Below, piece by piece: positions 30,702 to 41,726 of a stretch of 64,000 nucleotides of DNA. Made by a program: the position numbers and the translations under genes. Location: positions 18,127 through 82,126 of IMG/VR virus record IMGVR_UViG_3300032285_003899, one strand, 5' to 3'. Every line of letters begins with the position of its first letter. Within the stretch, counting starts at the first letter, position 1. The notes below the pieces were generated by a model that saw only the letters and a list, made by a program, of their open reading frames with translations, did not search any database and was not told the DNA's origin. Source of the DNA: a virus (Duplodnaviria > Caudoviricetes).

Positions 30702-31642
30702 AACTTGGACTCGTTTGTATCTCTGAACTGTTGCGGGAAAAAAATCCTGAACTAGCTTTCAAGACCATGACTCGTACTCAGTTCCTTAAAAAGAATCGTG
30801 ACGAATCTATCGCGGAGCTTTCTCGCCGCATTTCCCACAACCTTACAGTTACCATTGAAACTATCAAGCATTGCAAAGAAGTAGGCATCAAACATTATCG
30901 TTTGTCGTGCAAGCTGTTTCCTCTTGTTACCGATCCTACACTCAAGATTCAAGTAGAACTTCTTCCTTACTGGAATGTTCTTGAACAGAAGTTGATGGAA
31001 ATTGGTCGTGTAGCTCGCGAACTTAATATTAGCTTGTCTATTCATCCTGATCAGTTCGTCGTTCTCGCTTCTGAATCAGATGATATTTGCACAAAATCTA
31101 TTGCTGAACTTAATTTTCATGCGTTTATCCTTGATGTTCTCAAGATGCCGCAAACTCACGAATGTCCAATCAACATTCATCCAAATCTTTCCAACTTCGA
31201 ATCTCCAGAAAAGTTTGTAACTAAGTTTATGCGTAACTTTTTCAGATGCGATGTGGGTGTTCGCAATCGTCTAGTTGTTGAGAATGAAGACAAGGGATTC
31301 TGGAATTGTAGCAATCTTTATGAATATTTTCACAATTTCATGAGACAGGCTTATAATTTCCATCTGCCTCTTACTTACGACAATCTTCATGATACTGCTA
31401 ACCCTAGCACTCTACCTAATGGCAGTGTTATTCCTTTTGAAAGGAATTTCATGAAGTTCTTTCAGACTTGGGATGTTCCTCCTGTATTCCATTGGTCTGA
31501 AGCAGAAAAAGACACAAAGCGTAATCACGCTAAGAATTTGACTGTTCCTCCTCCTGACATGGGTCTTGATGTTACTTGGGAGATCGAAGTCAAAGGCAAA
31601 GACAAAGCTTTCGTTCATTTTATCAAGCGTTTTCCTAATTGA
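30698..31642 (+). CDS. uvsE: UV-damage endonuclease (UvdE/UvsE family)
   Basis: LGLVC, YRLSCKLFP, LSIHPDQFVVL, RLVVENED, LTYDNLHD, FHWSE, EIEVKGKD. Confidence 0.92.
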   Translation: MKLGLVCISELLREKNPELAFKTMTRTQFLKKNRDESIAELSRRISHNLTVTIETIKHCKEVGIKHYRLSCKLFPLVTDPTLKIQVELLPYWNVLEQKLMEIGRVARELNISLSIHPDQFVVLASESDDICTKSIAELNFHAFILDVLKMPQTHECPINIHPNLSNFESPEKFVTKFMRNFFRCDVGVRNRLVVENEDKGFWNCSNLYEYFHNFMRQAYNFHLPLTYDNLHDTANPSTLPNGSVIPFERNFMKFFQTWDVPPVFHWSEAEKDTKRNHAKNLTVPPPDMGLDVTWEIEVKGKDKAFVHFIKRFPN

Positions 31643-31672
31643 AAAGTTATGAGCTTTATGTATTATTTATAC

Positions 31673-31846
31673 ATGAAGCAAGTTACTATTAATATTGGGG
31701 ATGAAGATATCAAGGATCTAAAGGAAATTTTTAAGAACGAGGCTGATTTCAAACCTCAAGTTCGACAAGATATGTTAATTGTTGAAATTCTTCGACAAGT
31801 TCTTAATAATCCTAAGACCGAGATTACTTCAGAAATCGACGTATGA
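31673..31846 (+). CDS. hypothetical protein
   Basis: short ORF. Confidence 0.55.
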   Translation: MKQVTINIGDEDIKDLKEIFKNEADFKPQVRQDMLIVEILRQVLNNPKTEITSEIDV

Positions 31847-32142
31847 AATTCATTCTCAATATAGAAGGTTCAAATACTGGTGGTAAATTCCTAGAGAGTT
31901 ACGCTGGACAAGAAGTTGATATTAATTCTTTGTATAAAGATATTGATATTAATTCGCCACCACTTGCTATATTGAAGACTTCAGATAATAAACAGCATAG
32001 TATACAATTGATCGATATAAGATTTATTGATCAAAATATTTTTATACAATGCTTTGTTATTCAACATGATGAAAAACATGGCGGCAAAGCGTTATTGCGC
32101 TTGAGTCCTTGCGTAGATCTTGTAAAGATAGTTAATCCGTAA
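31843..32142 (+). CDS. hypothetical protein
   Basis: 99-aa coupled ORF. Confidence 0.65.
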   Translation: MKFILNIEGSNTGGKFLESYAGQEVDINSLYKDIDINSPPLAILKTSDNKQHSIQLIDIRFIDQNIFIQCFVIQHDEKHGGKALLRLSPCVDLVKIVNP

Positions 32143-32150
32143 AGCTTTCT

Positions 32151-32889
<739 letters not shown>

Positions 32890-32937
32890 TTATTATACAT
32901 TAGAAAATAAAAATTCAACTCTTTGGTACTTATCTTT

Positions 32938-33222
32938 ATGACTCATAAATTTGCAATCGTTGTAGATAGAAACTTTTACGACAAAGTTCAAAACAACAAT
33001 GATTTCTATTTACGAGTTTTAGTGTTAGATGTAATACGCGCATTATCAGACGAAAGCGAAGCTGTAGAAAAATACAGCACAGAAATATTCTACAAATGCG
33101 CTAAAAGCATATCAAGTGAAGTAAGAATGTTTGAAGATGAAATGTCATATATATTTTATCTTGAATTGAGTAGTGGATACCTCGAAAATTTTTTTGAAGA
33201 ACCCCTTGACGATTTGGAATAA
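32938..33222 (+). CDS. hypothetical protein
   Basis: acidic ORF. Confidence 0.6.
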   Translation: MTHKFAIVVDRNFYDKVQNNNDFYLRVLVLDVIRALSDESEAVEKYSTEIFYKCAKSISSEVRMFEDEMSYIFYLELSSGYLENFFEEPLDDLE

Positions 33223-33242
33223 CCTGCCATAATCACCCCCGC

Positions 33243-35450
33243 ATGAAGATACTTGTTGCTGATCGGGTCGTTGCGACTTCGCACGATTTTCCCACTGTAA
33301 ACTGCACGATTGACGCTGAAGACATGAGGTACATTTCCTCGCTTCTGCGAAACAATTATTCAAACACGATTCTCGCGACCATTCGTGAAACTTATGCCAA
33401 CGCTGTCGATGCGAACTTGGAGAACGATTTTCCCGTCCAAGCTATTGACATTAAATCGCCAACTACTTTTGATCAGACTTTTTTTGTTCGCGATTACGGA
33501 ACTGGTTTGAGTCGCGATCAGATTTTTAATCTGTATAGTAAGTTTGGCAAGTCTACCAAGCGTGGTTCTGATCTTTCAATCGGCGGCTTTGGTATTGGTC
33601 GATTTGCTCCGCTTTCTTATAAAGATAGTTTTACCATTACTTCTTATCACGGAGGTATCAAGTCTATTTATAGCGTTTATATCTCAGAAGACAACGATAC
33701 TAAGATCGATGAAATTTTTTCTGAAGTCACGTTAGAAGCTAACGGTATCTGCATTTCTGTAGGTGTTTCGAGCGGCGATATCAACAAGTTCAATCAGGAA
33801 ATCGCTTCATTTTTTAGTAATTTTGAGATTCAGCCTCACTTCTTGAATTTGCAAGTTGAAATTGCAAAGCCTGAAATTACTGCTTCTGGTACTAACTGGC
33901 AGATTCGTAAATCTAATAATCATTTTTATAATCAGTATTCAGTTGGTGAGCAAGGTATTGTGATGGGTGGTATTTATTATCCTATCAATCCTGAACTTGT
34001 TGATTTTAAGCTTGGTGAAGATTATGCATGGGCTAAATTTCTTAATAAGCTTGTTTTTATTGCTGATATTGGATCTGTTTCGCTGCATCACTCACGCGAG
34101 TCGCTTGAGTACAATAAGACTACTAAAGCTTATTTGAAGTCTCGGTATCAGTCTTTCTGTAACGAGTTCGTTGCTTCAATTAAAGATAAGATCGCGCAAT
34201 TTAATTGTTTGCGTGAAGTCATGGCTTATTATAAACAAGTCAAAGATACGTTTCCGAGATCTGCTTTCGATCAACTTGAAGAACAAAATGTTTTTGTATA
34301 TCAAGGATATAAAGTTCAGAATCATACTTTTAATCGTAGTCATTACGAATCCAATGGAGAAAACAAAAGGATTCCTGTTTATGCTAAATTGTATTCCCTT
34401 GGCAGCAACAATCGCGTAAGCATCAGCAAGTGTTATACGCTTGCTAATAGTCCTGATGTTTATATCGTATTCAATGATATGCCTGACAATACGAAGATTG
34501 TTCCTCGTATTTATAGTTTACTCTCTAATAATAAAGCTAAAGAAGTAGTTGTTGTTTCGCACGACAATGCAATCACTAGCTCAACTATTGTAAATGGCGT
34601 TGATAAGTTCAAAGAAGTTAATCGATTTGATCTTATTAAGTCCGGTTATTGTAACTTGAGCGAGCTTGCTCCAGTCAAACTTCCTTCTACCAAGAAAAGC
34701 TCTACATCAGTCGCTCTTCCTGCTAATAGTTTTTATTCTGTTGGTGGAGGTAAAATTGGTACGTTTATTAATCAAACTGTATTGAATGATAATAATATTG
34801 TTAAGCTTTTCTTGCCCGTCTCAGATCGAAAGGCAGTTGGATATTATGAATGTTTGAATCATCGTGAGAAAGGTTATTTAAATAATCGACTTCTTGAGTC
34901 TTTTCAAACTAAATTTGAGATGTCAATTTTCGGCGTTTCTAATAACATTGCCACTAGCAAAAAGTTTGAGTCGCGCACTGATTTTATTGATTTCCGCATT
35001 TATTTTCAGGACAAATGGAATAATTTGTCTGATGAAGTAAAAGGTTTGATGTTTGAATATGTTTCTTGCGTGAACTCAGAATATTATAAAATCACAAACT
35101 TTCCTAAGATACTGCAAAATGTAGATATCTATCAAGAGTTTTGCGCTAAAAGAAATGATATCAGTCAAAAGCTAACTAATCTTAATGAAATAGTTTTTGC
35201 GGATTTTCTATTTAATTGGTGGCAGACTTTGGACGCTTTGAAGATTCATATCTCTTTCAATAATAAAAATTTGCAAGATGTTGTGGGAGTTTATTTAAAA
35301 TCTGTCGAAGATTCCATCTACAATGACTATCCCATGCTTAAACTGCATGGAAAACTTCATGGTTATGGAAACGGTGAAAACGATGAAGATTTCAAGTCGT
35401 ACATCGACCTCGTAAATTCCAAGAAATCGGTTGACATTTCCAAAATTTGA
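33243..35450 (+). CDS. rIIA: rIIA-like protein (GHKL ATPase N-domain)
   Basis: LRNNYSN..ATIRETYANAVDA, VRDYGTGL, KSTKRGSD..IGGFGIG; followed by rIIB. Confidence 0.88.
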   Translation: MKILVADRVVATSHDFPTVNCTIDAEDMRYISSLLRNNYSNTILATIRETYANAVDANLENDFPVQAIDIKSPTTFDQTFFVRDYGTGLSRDQIFNLYSKFGKSTKRGSDLSIGGFGIGRFAPLSYKDSFTITSYHGGIKSIYSVYISEDNDTKIDEIFSEVTLEANGICISVGVSSGDINKFNQEIASFFSNFEIQPHFLNLQVEIAKPEITASGTNWQIRKSNNHFYNQYSVGEQGIVMGGIYYPINPELVDFKLGEDYAWAKFLNKLVFIADIGSVSLHHSRESLEYNKTTKAYLKSRYQSFCNEFVASIKDKIAQFNCLREVMAYYKQVKDTFPRSAFDQLEEQNVFVYQGYKVQNHTFNRSHYESNGENKRIPVYAKLYSLGSNNRVSISKCYTLANSPDVYIVFNDMPDNTKIVPRIYSLLSNNKAKEVVVVSHDNAITSSTIVNGVDKFKEVNRFDLIKSGYCNLSELAPVKLPSTKKSSTSVALPANSFYSVGGGKIGTFINQTVLNDNNIVKLFLPVSDRKAVGYYECLNHREKGYLNNRLLESFQTKFEMSIFGVSNNIATSKKFESRTDFIDFRIYFQDKWNNLSDEVKGLMFEYVSCVNSEYYKITNFPKILQNVDIYQEFCAKRNDISQKLTNLNEIVFADFLFNWWQTLDALKIHISFNNKNLQDVVGVYLKSVEDSIYNDYPMLKLHGKLHGYGNGENDEDFKSYIDLVNSKKSVDISKI

Positions 35451-35487
35451 GTTAGCATAGTCGAAGAATAAAGGTGTAAAAAATATT

Positions 35488-36606
35488 ATGAGCAAGCCAG
35501 CATATATTGTCACTAGCAATGCAATCACGGTTATTTGGGAAGGTAAGCCATACACGGTTAATACCGACAATCCCAATTATACTGGACTTAAGAATGCCCT
35601 AATCAATGCAGAATACGATACTATTCCTCGTTTTCTGGATATTAAGAAGCAGATCGAAAACTTCTCTCATGGCAGCATCAAGGTTGTTTCTGAGAAGGTC
35701 TATTATGGTAACCATGAGTTGAAGGGTTTTGTAATTGATAAGCTGCTTGAGTTTTTGCGCTCAGGAGCCAAGGACGCTCAACCTATTCTCAATTTTATTG
35801 AGAAGCTTATGTTCAATCCTAGCAAGAACAGTGTTGATCAGTTGTACACTTTTCTTTCTTATAAGACTTTGCCATTGACTGAGACTGGCAATGTTATTGG
35901 ATATAAAGGCGTTGATGCTGATTATTATTCAAAGCATGGCAATATTAATACTATTGTCATCACTGGTACTGTAAATAAGAATGGTTGCATTCTTAATAAG
36001 GTTGGCGAAACTATTGAAGTTGCTCGCAACAGCGTTGATGATAACAAGGATAATCATTGTTCTCATGGCTTGCACATTGGCAGCTATGATTATGCAAAGG
36101 ATTGGGCTGGTAACAACGGTCATCTGATGATGGTTGAGTTTGATCCTTCAAATGCAGTTAGCGTTCCTACTGATTGTAATTTTCAGAAGCTTCGTGTTTC
36201 TAAATACAAGGTCATTGGAGAAGTTCCTTTCGAGCGTGTTAAGGAAACTGAAGCTCCGCTCAATGAGCCTTATTACAACACTGATGAAGAAATCAGCGTT
36301 GATGATGACGATGATGACGATGATGATTGCGACGACGATTGTGGTTGCAATATCAATGAAGGCTATGAATATAGTGATGCTACTATTCTTGCCATTAAGA
36401 ATTACGTTGAGGGTCGCGTTGAAGGTGGAACACCTGCTACCCTCAAGTCCATTCAGTCCCGCCTAAAGGGAACGCATATCACTTGTCAAGAAATCAAGGA
36501 TATTTGTTTGGATCTAGGATTTACCGTTCATGAAGACGACAACATTGCTTTGTCTAATAGTCTTGTAACTATTGTGACAATCAGTGAAAAGTCTGACGAT
36601 CAGTAA
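35488..36606 (+). CDS. rIIB: rIIB-like protein
   Basis: NPSKNSVDQLYTFL, GYKGV, CSHGLHIGSYDYA, DCNFQKLRVSKY. Confidence 0.88.
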   Translation: MSKPAYIVTSNAITVIWEGKPYTVNTDNPNYTGLKNALINAEYDTIPRFLDIKKQIENFSHGSIKVVSEKVYYGNHELKGFVIDKLLEFLRSGAKDAQPILNFIEKLMFNPSKNSVDQLYTFLSYKTLPLTETGNVIGYKGVDADYYSKHGNINTIVITGTVNKNGCILNKVGETIEVARNSVDDNKDNHCSHGLHIGSYDYAKDWAGNNGHLMMVEFDPSNAVSVPTDCNFQKLRVSKYKVIGEVPFERVKETEAPLNEPYYNTDEEISVDDDDDDDDDCDDDCGCNINEGYEYSDATILAIKNYVEGRVEGGTPATLKSIQSRLKGTHITCQEIKDICLDLGFTVHEDDNIALSNSLVTIVTISEKSDDQ

Positions 36607-36616
36607 TATTAATAAT

Positions 36617-36877
36617 ATGAGTGAAACAGCTACAGTTACAGAGCCAGTTGTCTTGTTAAATGCCATCACAAAGGCAACTCCAGAACAAGTTGACACATTG
36701 TGGTCAATTCTAAAGTATAAGGAGATTGGTATTTACCGAAAGATTAAGTGCATGAGTTCCGTTCTTGGACTTAATTTTGATAAGGTTGTCACTGATCTTC
36801 CGAAGGATGAGACAGGTCGAATTCTTGATCACAAGACTCGCCATCTGATTCACGACATTCTAATTAAGAATTCCTAA
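36617..36877 (+). CDS. hypothetical protein
   Basis: ORF following rIIB. Confidence 0.7.
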   Translation: MSETATVTEPVVLLNAITKATPEQVDTLWSILKYKEIGIYRKIKCMSSVLGLNFDKVVTDLPKDETGRILDHKTRHLIHDILIKNS

Positions 36878-36878
36878 A

Positions 36879-37076
36879 ATGAATAAACGATATATCGTTA
36901 GAGACAAGGACGGTGCGTATCAGTCAGCTTATAATCTTGCGCTAGGAAAGAAGCAAGCGTATGATTGGGCTATGCAATGCGCTAAATCTGTAAATGGTGT
37001 TATCTACTATGTGGAGGGTGACGCTAATAAGGAACAAGAAGTGTTCCGCGCTCCTGATAATTACCGTCGAAATTAA
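36879..37076 (+). CDS. hypothetical protein
   Basis: 65-aa ORF followed by a terminator-like hairpin at about 37088-37118. Confidence 0.7.
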   Translation: MNKRYIVRDKDGAYQSAYNLALGKKQAYDWAMQCAKSVNGVIYYVEGDANKEQEVFRAPDNYRRN

Positions 37077-37123
37077 AAAAACAAGGTTTGCGGTCATCCT
37101 TAAAACCGCACTTTTTTTATTTT

Positions 37124-37330
37124 ATGGCACATTTTGTAAAATTGCATCAACTAGATTTGCATCACGATAATAGTATGGCCTATACGCCAATCCTTTTTAA
37201 TATGGACACTGTTGTAAGCATTGAACCGAGTCCAAGTAAAAAGCATAGTATAATCATTACTCGCTGGAATAATAACGGCATCAGAGTAAAAGAAACTCTT
37301 GATGATATTTTTAAATTAGCAAATCAATGA
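37124..37330 (+). CDS. FlbD-like small beta protein
   Basis: FVKL...LFNMDTVVSIEP...IIITR...IRVKETLDDI. Confidence 0.45.
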   Translation: MAHFVKLHQLDLHHDNSMAYTPILFNMDTVVSIEPSPSKKHSIIITRWNNNGIRVKETLDDIFKLANQ

Positions 37331-37470
37331 ACTGCGATTACTGCGGCAAAAAGACCGCATTTTTAGAAGACTTGGAATATTGTTCTGTTTGCGTAGATTG
37401 TCTTGGAGAAATAGAAGAACAAGATGATAACCCTTTCGATTTAAACAAAAAAGATAATTACAATGACTGA
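37327..37470 (+). CDS. 47-aa Zn-finger protein (absent from ORF track)
   Basis: MNCDYCG...CSVCVDC; overlaps both neighbours. Confidence 0.55.
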   Translation: MNCDYCGKKTAFLEDLEYCSVCVDCLGEIEEQDDNPFDLNKKDNYND

Positions 37471-37834
37471 TAAAAACACTAAAAAACTTGTAGAACGTTT
37501 TCCAAAGATTTTTGGCAAAAGTTTTAATTTTGAGTGTGATGATGGATGGTTCGATATTATTTTCGATCTATGCCGAGATATGCAACAAGAAGTAAATAAT
37601 TCTGGTTGTGAACAAGTAGTCGCCGCACAAGTAAAAGAAAAGTTCGCAGGACTTCGTTTTTATTCAAGTGGCGGAAATGAAGTTACCCGCGCTATGATTG
37701 AAAAGTATTCAAAACTTTCTTCTCAGACTTGTGAAGTGACTGGTGGAAAAGGTTCTATATACGAAAAGAATGGGTGGTATAAAACGCTGTCTACTCAATC
37801 CGCCATTCTTCTTGGATTCAAAAAATGTAAATAA
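37463..37834 (+). CDS. conserved phage protein
   Basis: ECDDGWFDII...QVKEKFAGLRFY...TCEVTG. Confidence 0.8.
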   Translation: MTDKNTKKLVERFPKIFGKSFNFECDDGWFDIIFDLCRDMQQEVNNSGCEQVVAAQVKEKFAGLRFYSSGGNEVTRAMIEKYSKLSSQTCEVTGGKGSIYEKNGWYKTLSTQSAILLGFKKCK

Positions 37835-37839
37835 AAAAT

Positions 37840-37866
37840 AAACCCTCCGTAATTGGAGGGTTTTTC
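37840..37866 (+). terminator. intrinsic terminator
   Basis: AACCCTCC-GTAATT-GGAGGGTT followed by a T run. Confidence 0.88.
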
Positions 37867-37910
37867 TTGACCTGATGCCTTCTATGCGGTAAGTTGGTTT
37901 CCGAAACGAT

Positions 37911-38582
37911 ATGAAATTACTTGATTTATTTTGTTGCGCTGGCGGTGCAAGCATGGGCTATCATCGTGCGGGATTTGAAGTGACTGGAGTAGATATCAAA
38001 GATCAACCTAGTTATCCTTTTAAATTCATCAAGGGCGATGTCATTGAAATCTTGAAAGATAAAGATTTTCTTAATTCATTTGATGTTATTCATGCATCAC
38101 CTCCTTGTCAGGGATACAGCAAAGCTACAAAGCCTGATTCAATTTACGTTCATTATTCTCAAGGCAAAGATACGCCGAAATTAATTGAACCAGTTCGCAA
38201 TGCATTAATTAAGACTGGTAAATATTACATTATTGAAAATGTTGCCGGTGCAAAAGAATATCTTATAGAACCGTTTAGATTAACTGGTTATATGTTTGGT
38301 ATGCCAATCGAACGAGCTAGATATTTTGAATGCAACTTTCCAGTTGCGCCTTTAAAAAACATTACTAAACGTGGATATTCTAAAAAATATGCCGAAGAAA
38401 ATGGCATTGATTATCGCGATATGAGTGTCACTGGCAAGAGTCGCCGTAAAGGTTCAATCGATGTTTGGCGCAAGGTTATGGATATGCATTGGCCTAAACG
38501 AGGATGGGAGTTGACAGAAGCCATTCCTCCCGCCTATACTAAATATATTGGCGAACAACTTTTAAAGTATGAAAATAAATGA
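37911..38582 (+). CDS. compact C5-cytosine DNA methyltransferase
   Basis: motif I DLFCCAGG, motif IV HASPPCQ, motif VI IENV. Confidence 0.8.
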   Translation: MKLLDLFCCAGGASMGYHRAGFEVTGVDIKDQPSYPFKFIKGDVIEILKDKDFLNSFDVIHASPPCQGYSKATKPDSIYVHYSQGKDTPKLIEPVRNALIKTGKYYIIENVAGAKEYLIEPFRLTGYMFGMPIERARYFECNFPVAPLKNITKRGYSKKYAEENGIDYRDMSVTGKSRRKGSIDVWRKVMDMHWPKRGWELTEAIPPAYTKYIGEQLLKYENK

Positions 38583-39108
38583 ATTACCATCGATAGAATA
38601 TTTGAATGAATGTTTTATCATAGATCCTTCAAGCCCTTCTTATTTGAGATGGAAAAAAGAAAGACCTAGATCACATTTTAAATCTGAAAACATTTATAAA
38701 ACTTGGAATCCACAATTTGCTGGCAAAGTCGCTGGAAATAAAGATAGGTATTACAAAGTAGAAATTAATAATCAAAAATTTAGGGTTCACAACATAATAT
38801 TTGCAATACATAATAATACAACACAGTTCAACGACAAGATTATTGATCATATAGATGGAAATAAATATAATAATAATCCCGATAATTTAAGGCTTGTGAC
38901 TTTTTCAGAAAATCTACAAAATCGAAAAAACAAAGCACAAAGCAAAAGCGGTTTTTCAAATATTTATAAGAAAAATAAAAAATTTTACTGTATGTTTAGA
39001 ATAAATAATAAAAAATATTATTTAGGAACATTTGATTCTGTAGAAGAAGCTGTAAAACAAAGAGACCTAAAAGGAAAAAGTTTAAGCGAAAACTTTTCAA
39101 GAGTATGA
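38569..39108 (+). mobile_element. HNH (NHN)-AP2 homing endonuclease
   Basis: IDHIDGNKYNNNPDNLR; C-terminal YYLGTFDSVEEA (AP2-like). Confidence 0.85.
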
Positions 39109-39326
39109 AAGCTATATTAGAATTTAATTTGCCCGAAGATCAAAAACGATTTGAAATGGCGAACCAAGCTTTAGATATGTTTTCTGCAATTTGTCATTTT
39201 GAAGATAGACTGCGAAGTTATCATAAATTTGGACATGATTTCAAAACAGCAGATGAAGCTATTGAAGCTATCCGCACTCTTCTATATGAAGAAATTAACA
39301 TTCGACGCATAAATATTCATGACTAA
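39105..39326 (+). CDS. hypothetical protein
   Basis: MKAILEFNLPED family, coupled. Confidence 0.7.
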   Translation: MKAILEFNLPEDQKRFEMANQALDMFSAICHFEDRLRSYHKFGHDFKTADEAIEAIRTLLYEEINIRRINIHD

Positions 39327-39606
39327 TGATATACAAAAAGATATAGTTAAGCTTACCGAAGAATGGTATGAGCTTATCAGTGGCAATCATCATAAAGACC
39401 GTGATTGTCATTGGTATATAGAAACTCGTTGGTCTTATGGTGAGCAACCAGAATATAGAGTCTTTCATAATGGTTATGTTACTGATGATATAGAAATATC
39501 TTGCGATTCTTATGAAACAGCATTGACAGAGTTGCGAACTATTCTTAAACGAGCTATCGAAAGAGAAAAAGAATTAGAAAAACTACCAAAGCACAATGGT
39601 TGGTAA
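39319..39606 (+). CDS. hypothetical protein
   Basis: HHKDRDCHWYI motif. Confidence 0.7.
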   Translation: MTNDIQKDIVKLTEEWYELISGNHHKDRDCHWYIETRWSYGEQPEYRVFHNGYVTDDIEISCDSYETALTELRTILKRAIEREKELEKLPKHNGW

Positions 39607-40012
39607 ATCTAAAGGATTTACTCTTATAGAGGTAGTATTGGCGACAGTGATATTATTATCATTGATCGCCGCTATTGTTATTAACTTTGACTCTTTTAAC
39701 GCTAACAGATATCAGGAAGCTAGAGAGAATTTAAAAACCTTTCTAATAAATAAGCGTCATCAAGCATCATATCATCAAAAACAATCTGAGCTATCTTTTT
39801 CTGAAGATTATATTATAAATTCTATAGAAAATCCTGATGAACTTGCGGCGATTACTAACGATTTAAAAATAATAGAAACATCTGCAACAAAAATAATCTT
39901 TTTCCTTGACGGTACAATAGAAGAAAGCTACATTGTCACCAGTTCAAATGATGGAAAAGTAACTAATACTTTTCGTATTAACGTCATTGGAAAAATAGAC
40001 TACGATAAATAA
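39596..40012 (+). CDS. type IV pilin/pseudopilin-like protein
   Basis: prepilin cleavage/methylation motif KG|FTLIE followed by a hydrophobic helix. Confidence 0.8.
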   Translation: MVGKSKGFTLIEVVLATVILLSLIAAIVINFDSFNANRYQEARENLKTFLINKRHQASYHQKQSELSFSEDYIINSIENPDELAAITNDLKIIETSATKIIFFLDGTIEESYIVTSSNDGKVTNTFRINVIGKIDYDK

Positions 40013-40015
40013 TTT

Positions 40016-40594
40016 ATGTTAAAGATTAAAATCTGGATGCGTGGAACTTTCGAGTACAGCCAAGACACCATTTCCGGTCCAACCGAAGATCAAACTCAAG
40101 AGCAATTTGAAGAATCATTCATTGAAAGTGATGAATGTTATTGGGGAGGAGAAGTTTATGAAACGTGTCCATACTTTGATGAACACGGCTGCGATTCTAT
40201 AGACGTTTATCTTGGAGGCGATAACCATATTAGAAACCAAGAAGAACCAATTTTTACAACCTCAGATTGGACTCAATTTAAATTTGAAGAAGGTGGTGGC
40301 TGCAATTATGTTCCCCAAGCTCCAGATAAAGTTGGCGAAGTAAATATTTGGTGGTCTCATGATATGAAATTCAATCATATTTATTATTGGGAGAATGTTA
40401 CAGGATTTGATCCTAAAAAGATTACAATCCAATACGGAACGAATCAAAAAGATCAAAGATATCTTGAAGAGATTTATTACGATGGCGAACCCCCTGATGA
40501 TTACCATGATCATGGCGATACGGGCTATGGATATAATGGCCCAGAATTTATTTATCATCCAGATCAGAAATTTGCAGAAAACGATGAAGAATAG
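40016..40594 (+). CDS. acidic hypothetical protein
   Basis: 192-aa ORF. Confidence 0.7.
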   Translation: MLKIKIWMRGTFEYSQDTISGPTEDQTQEQFEESFIESDECYWGGEVYETCPYFDEHGCDSIDVYLGGDNHIRNQEEPIFTTSDWTQFKFEEGGGCNYVPQAPDKVGEVNIWWSHDMKFNHIYYWENVTGFDPKKITIQYGTNQKDQRYLEEIYYDGEPPDDYHDHGDTGYGYNGPEFIYHPDQKFAENDEE

Positions 40595-40603
40595 TCTATA
40601 ATT

Positions 40604-40969
40604 ATGAGTATGAAATTTACTCGTAAGGGATTCTTCAAATCTATATTCGGTGGCGTTTTAACGGCAGTTGCTGCGCCTTCTCTTCTCAAAGCAGAAGAAA
40701 AACCACAAACAAAAGTAGAATCTTATCCTTTAGCTGTTGATACAAATGCTAATCTTGGATTAGGAACTTCATGCCCGAATATTCCATTGGTGGTATCTAG
40801 CTTAATTTTTCAAGTCGGCGAAAGACAAATGCTAATGGCAGGAGATAAAAACGGTGACTTCAAAATTAGTTGGTTAGATGTCAAGGAAAATGAATCCAAT
40901 ACTACTATTGTAATTAGTAAACCAACAACCAATCCTTTTAAGACGCATTTTAAAAATGACATTCGATAG
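40604..40969 (+). CDS. protein with a Tat-like signal peptide
   Basis: TRKGFFK...GGVLTAVAAPSLLKA. Confidence 0.55.
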   Translation: MSMKFTRKGFFKSIFGGVLTAVAAPSLLKAEEKPQTKVESYPLAVDTNANLGLGTSCPNIPLVVSSLIFQVGERQMLMAGDKNGDFKISWLDVKENESNTTIVISKPTTNPFKTHFKNDIR

Positions 40970-41726
40970 TCACAAAAAGAAAATAGTAATACTTTCTGAT
41001 CTTCACAATAATATTGAGAAATTCAATAAGATTATTCAACACGAATCGGCAGACATAAACATTTGTCTTGGCGATTGGTTTGATAGTTTTGTTTTGGACG
41101 AGAACGATGATTATAAAAAGACCGCTGATTATTTGATGCGATATCTATCTGCGCCAAATAATTATACTCTTTTTGGCAATCATGATTTGCATTATCTATT
41201 TAATAATCATTATACGATGTGTAGCGGTTATGAAGATAGAAAGTATTTTGCTATTGATGAAATGTTAGGATCTGAACGCAAAAACATCATTAACAAATTT
41301 AAATGGCGTTTTTGGGTTGATGGTATCCTTTGTACTCATGCAGGATTATTTCCTGACTATATAGATCCATCTGTTAAAAATAACGATGATTTAAGTTTAT
41401 TTCTTGTGAAAGAAGTGGAACGCGCAAATATCGCTTTAATGACAGATCAAAATCATTGGTTTTATTATGCTGGTCGTAGTCGAGGTGGTCCTAAGAAGGG
41501 CGGAGGAATTGTCTGGTTAGATTTTAAACAAGAGTTTCAGCCTATTGAAGGATTAAAACAAATTGTTGGTCACACTTATCATAAAAATGGTAGAGTTAAT
41601 CCTCATCATTTAGATGGCAACGTGAATCCCGCAGACTGCGACAATCTTTGTATTGACAATGGATTAAACGAGTATATAGTAATCAGCAACGGTAAGTTAG
41701 AAATTAAGAAATTTTTAGATATATGA
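40956..41726 (+). CDS. calcineurin-like metallophosphoesterase
   Basis: SDLH, LGDWFD, GNHD, THAG, VGHT. Confidence 0.9.
   Translation: MTFDSHKKKIVILSDLHNNIEKFNKIIQHESADINICLGDWFDSFVLDENDDYKKTADYLMRYLSAPNNYTLFGNHDLHYLFNNHYTMCSGYEDRKYFAIDEMLGSERKNIINKFKWRFWVDGILCTHAGLFPDYIDPSVKNNDDLSLFLVKEVERANIALMTDQNHWFYYAGRSRGGPKKGGGIVWLDFKQEFQPIEGLKQIVGHTYHKNGRVNPHHLDGNVNPADCDNLCIDNGLNEYIVISNGKLEIKKFLDI

Noticed and set aside
36295-36345. GAT/GAC microsatellite in rIIB
   Set aside because: It encodes an in-frame poly-Asp linker; low-complexity protein sequence rather than a regulatory repeat.
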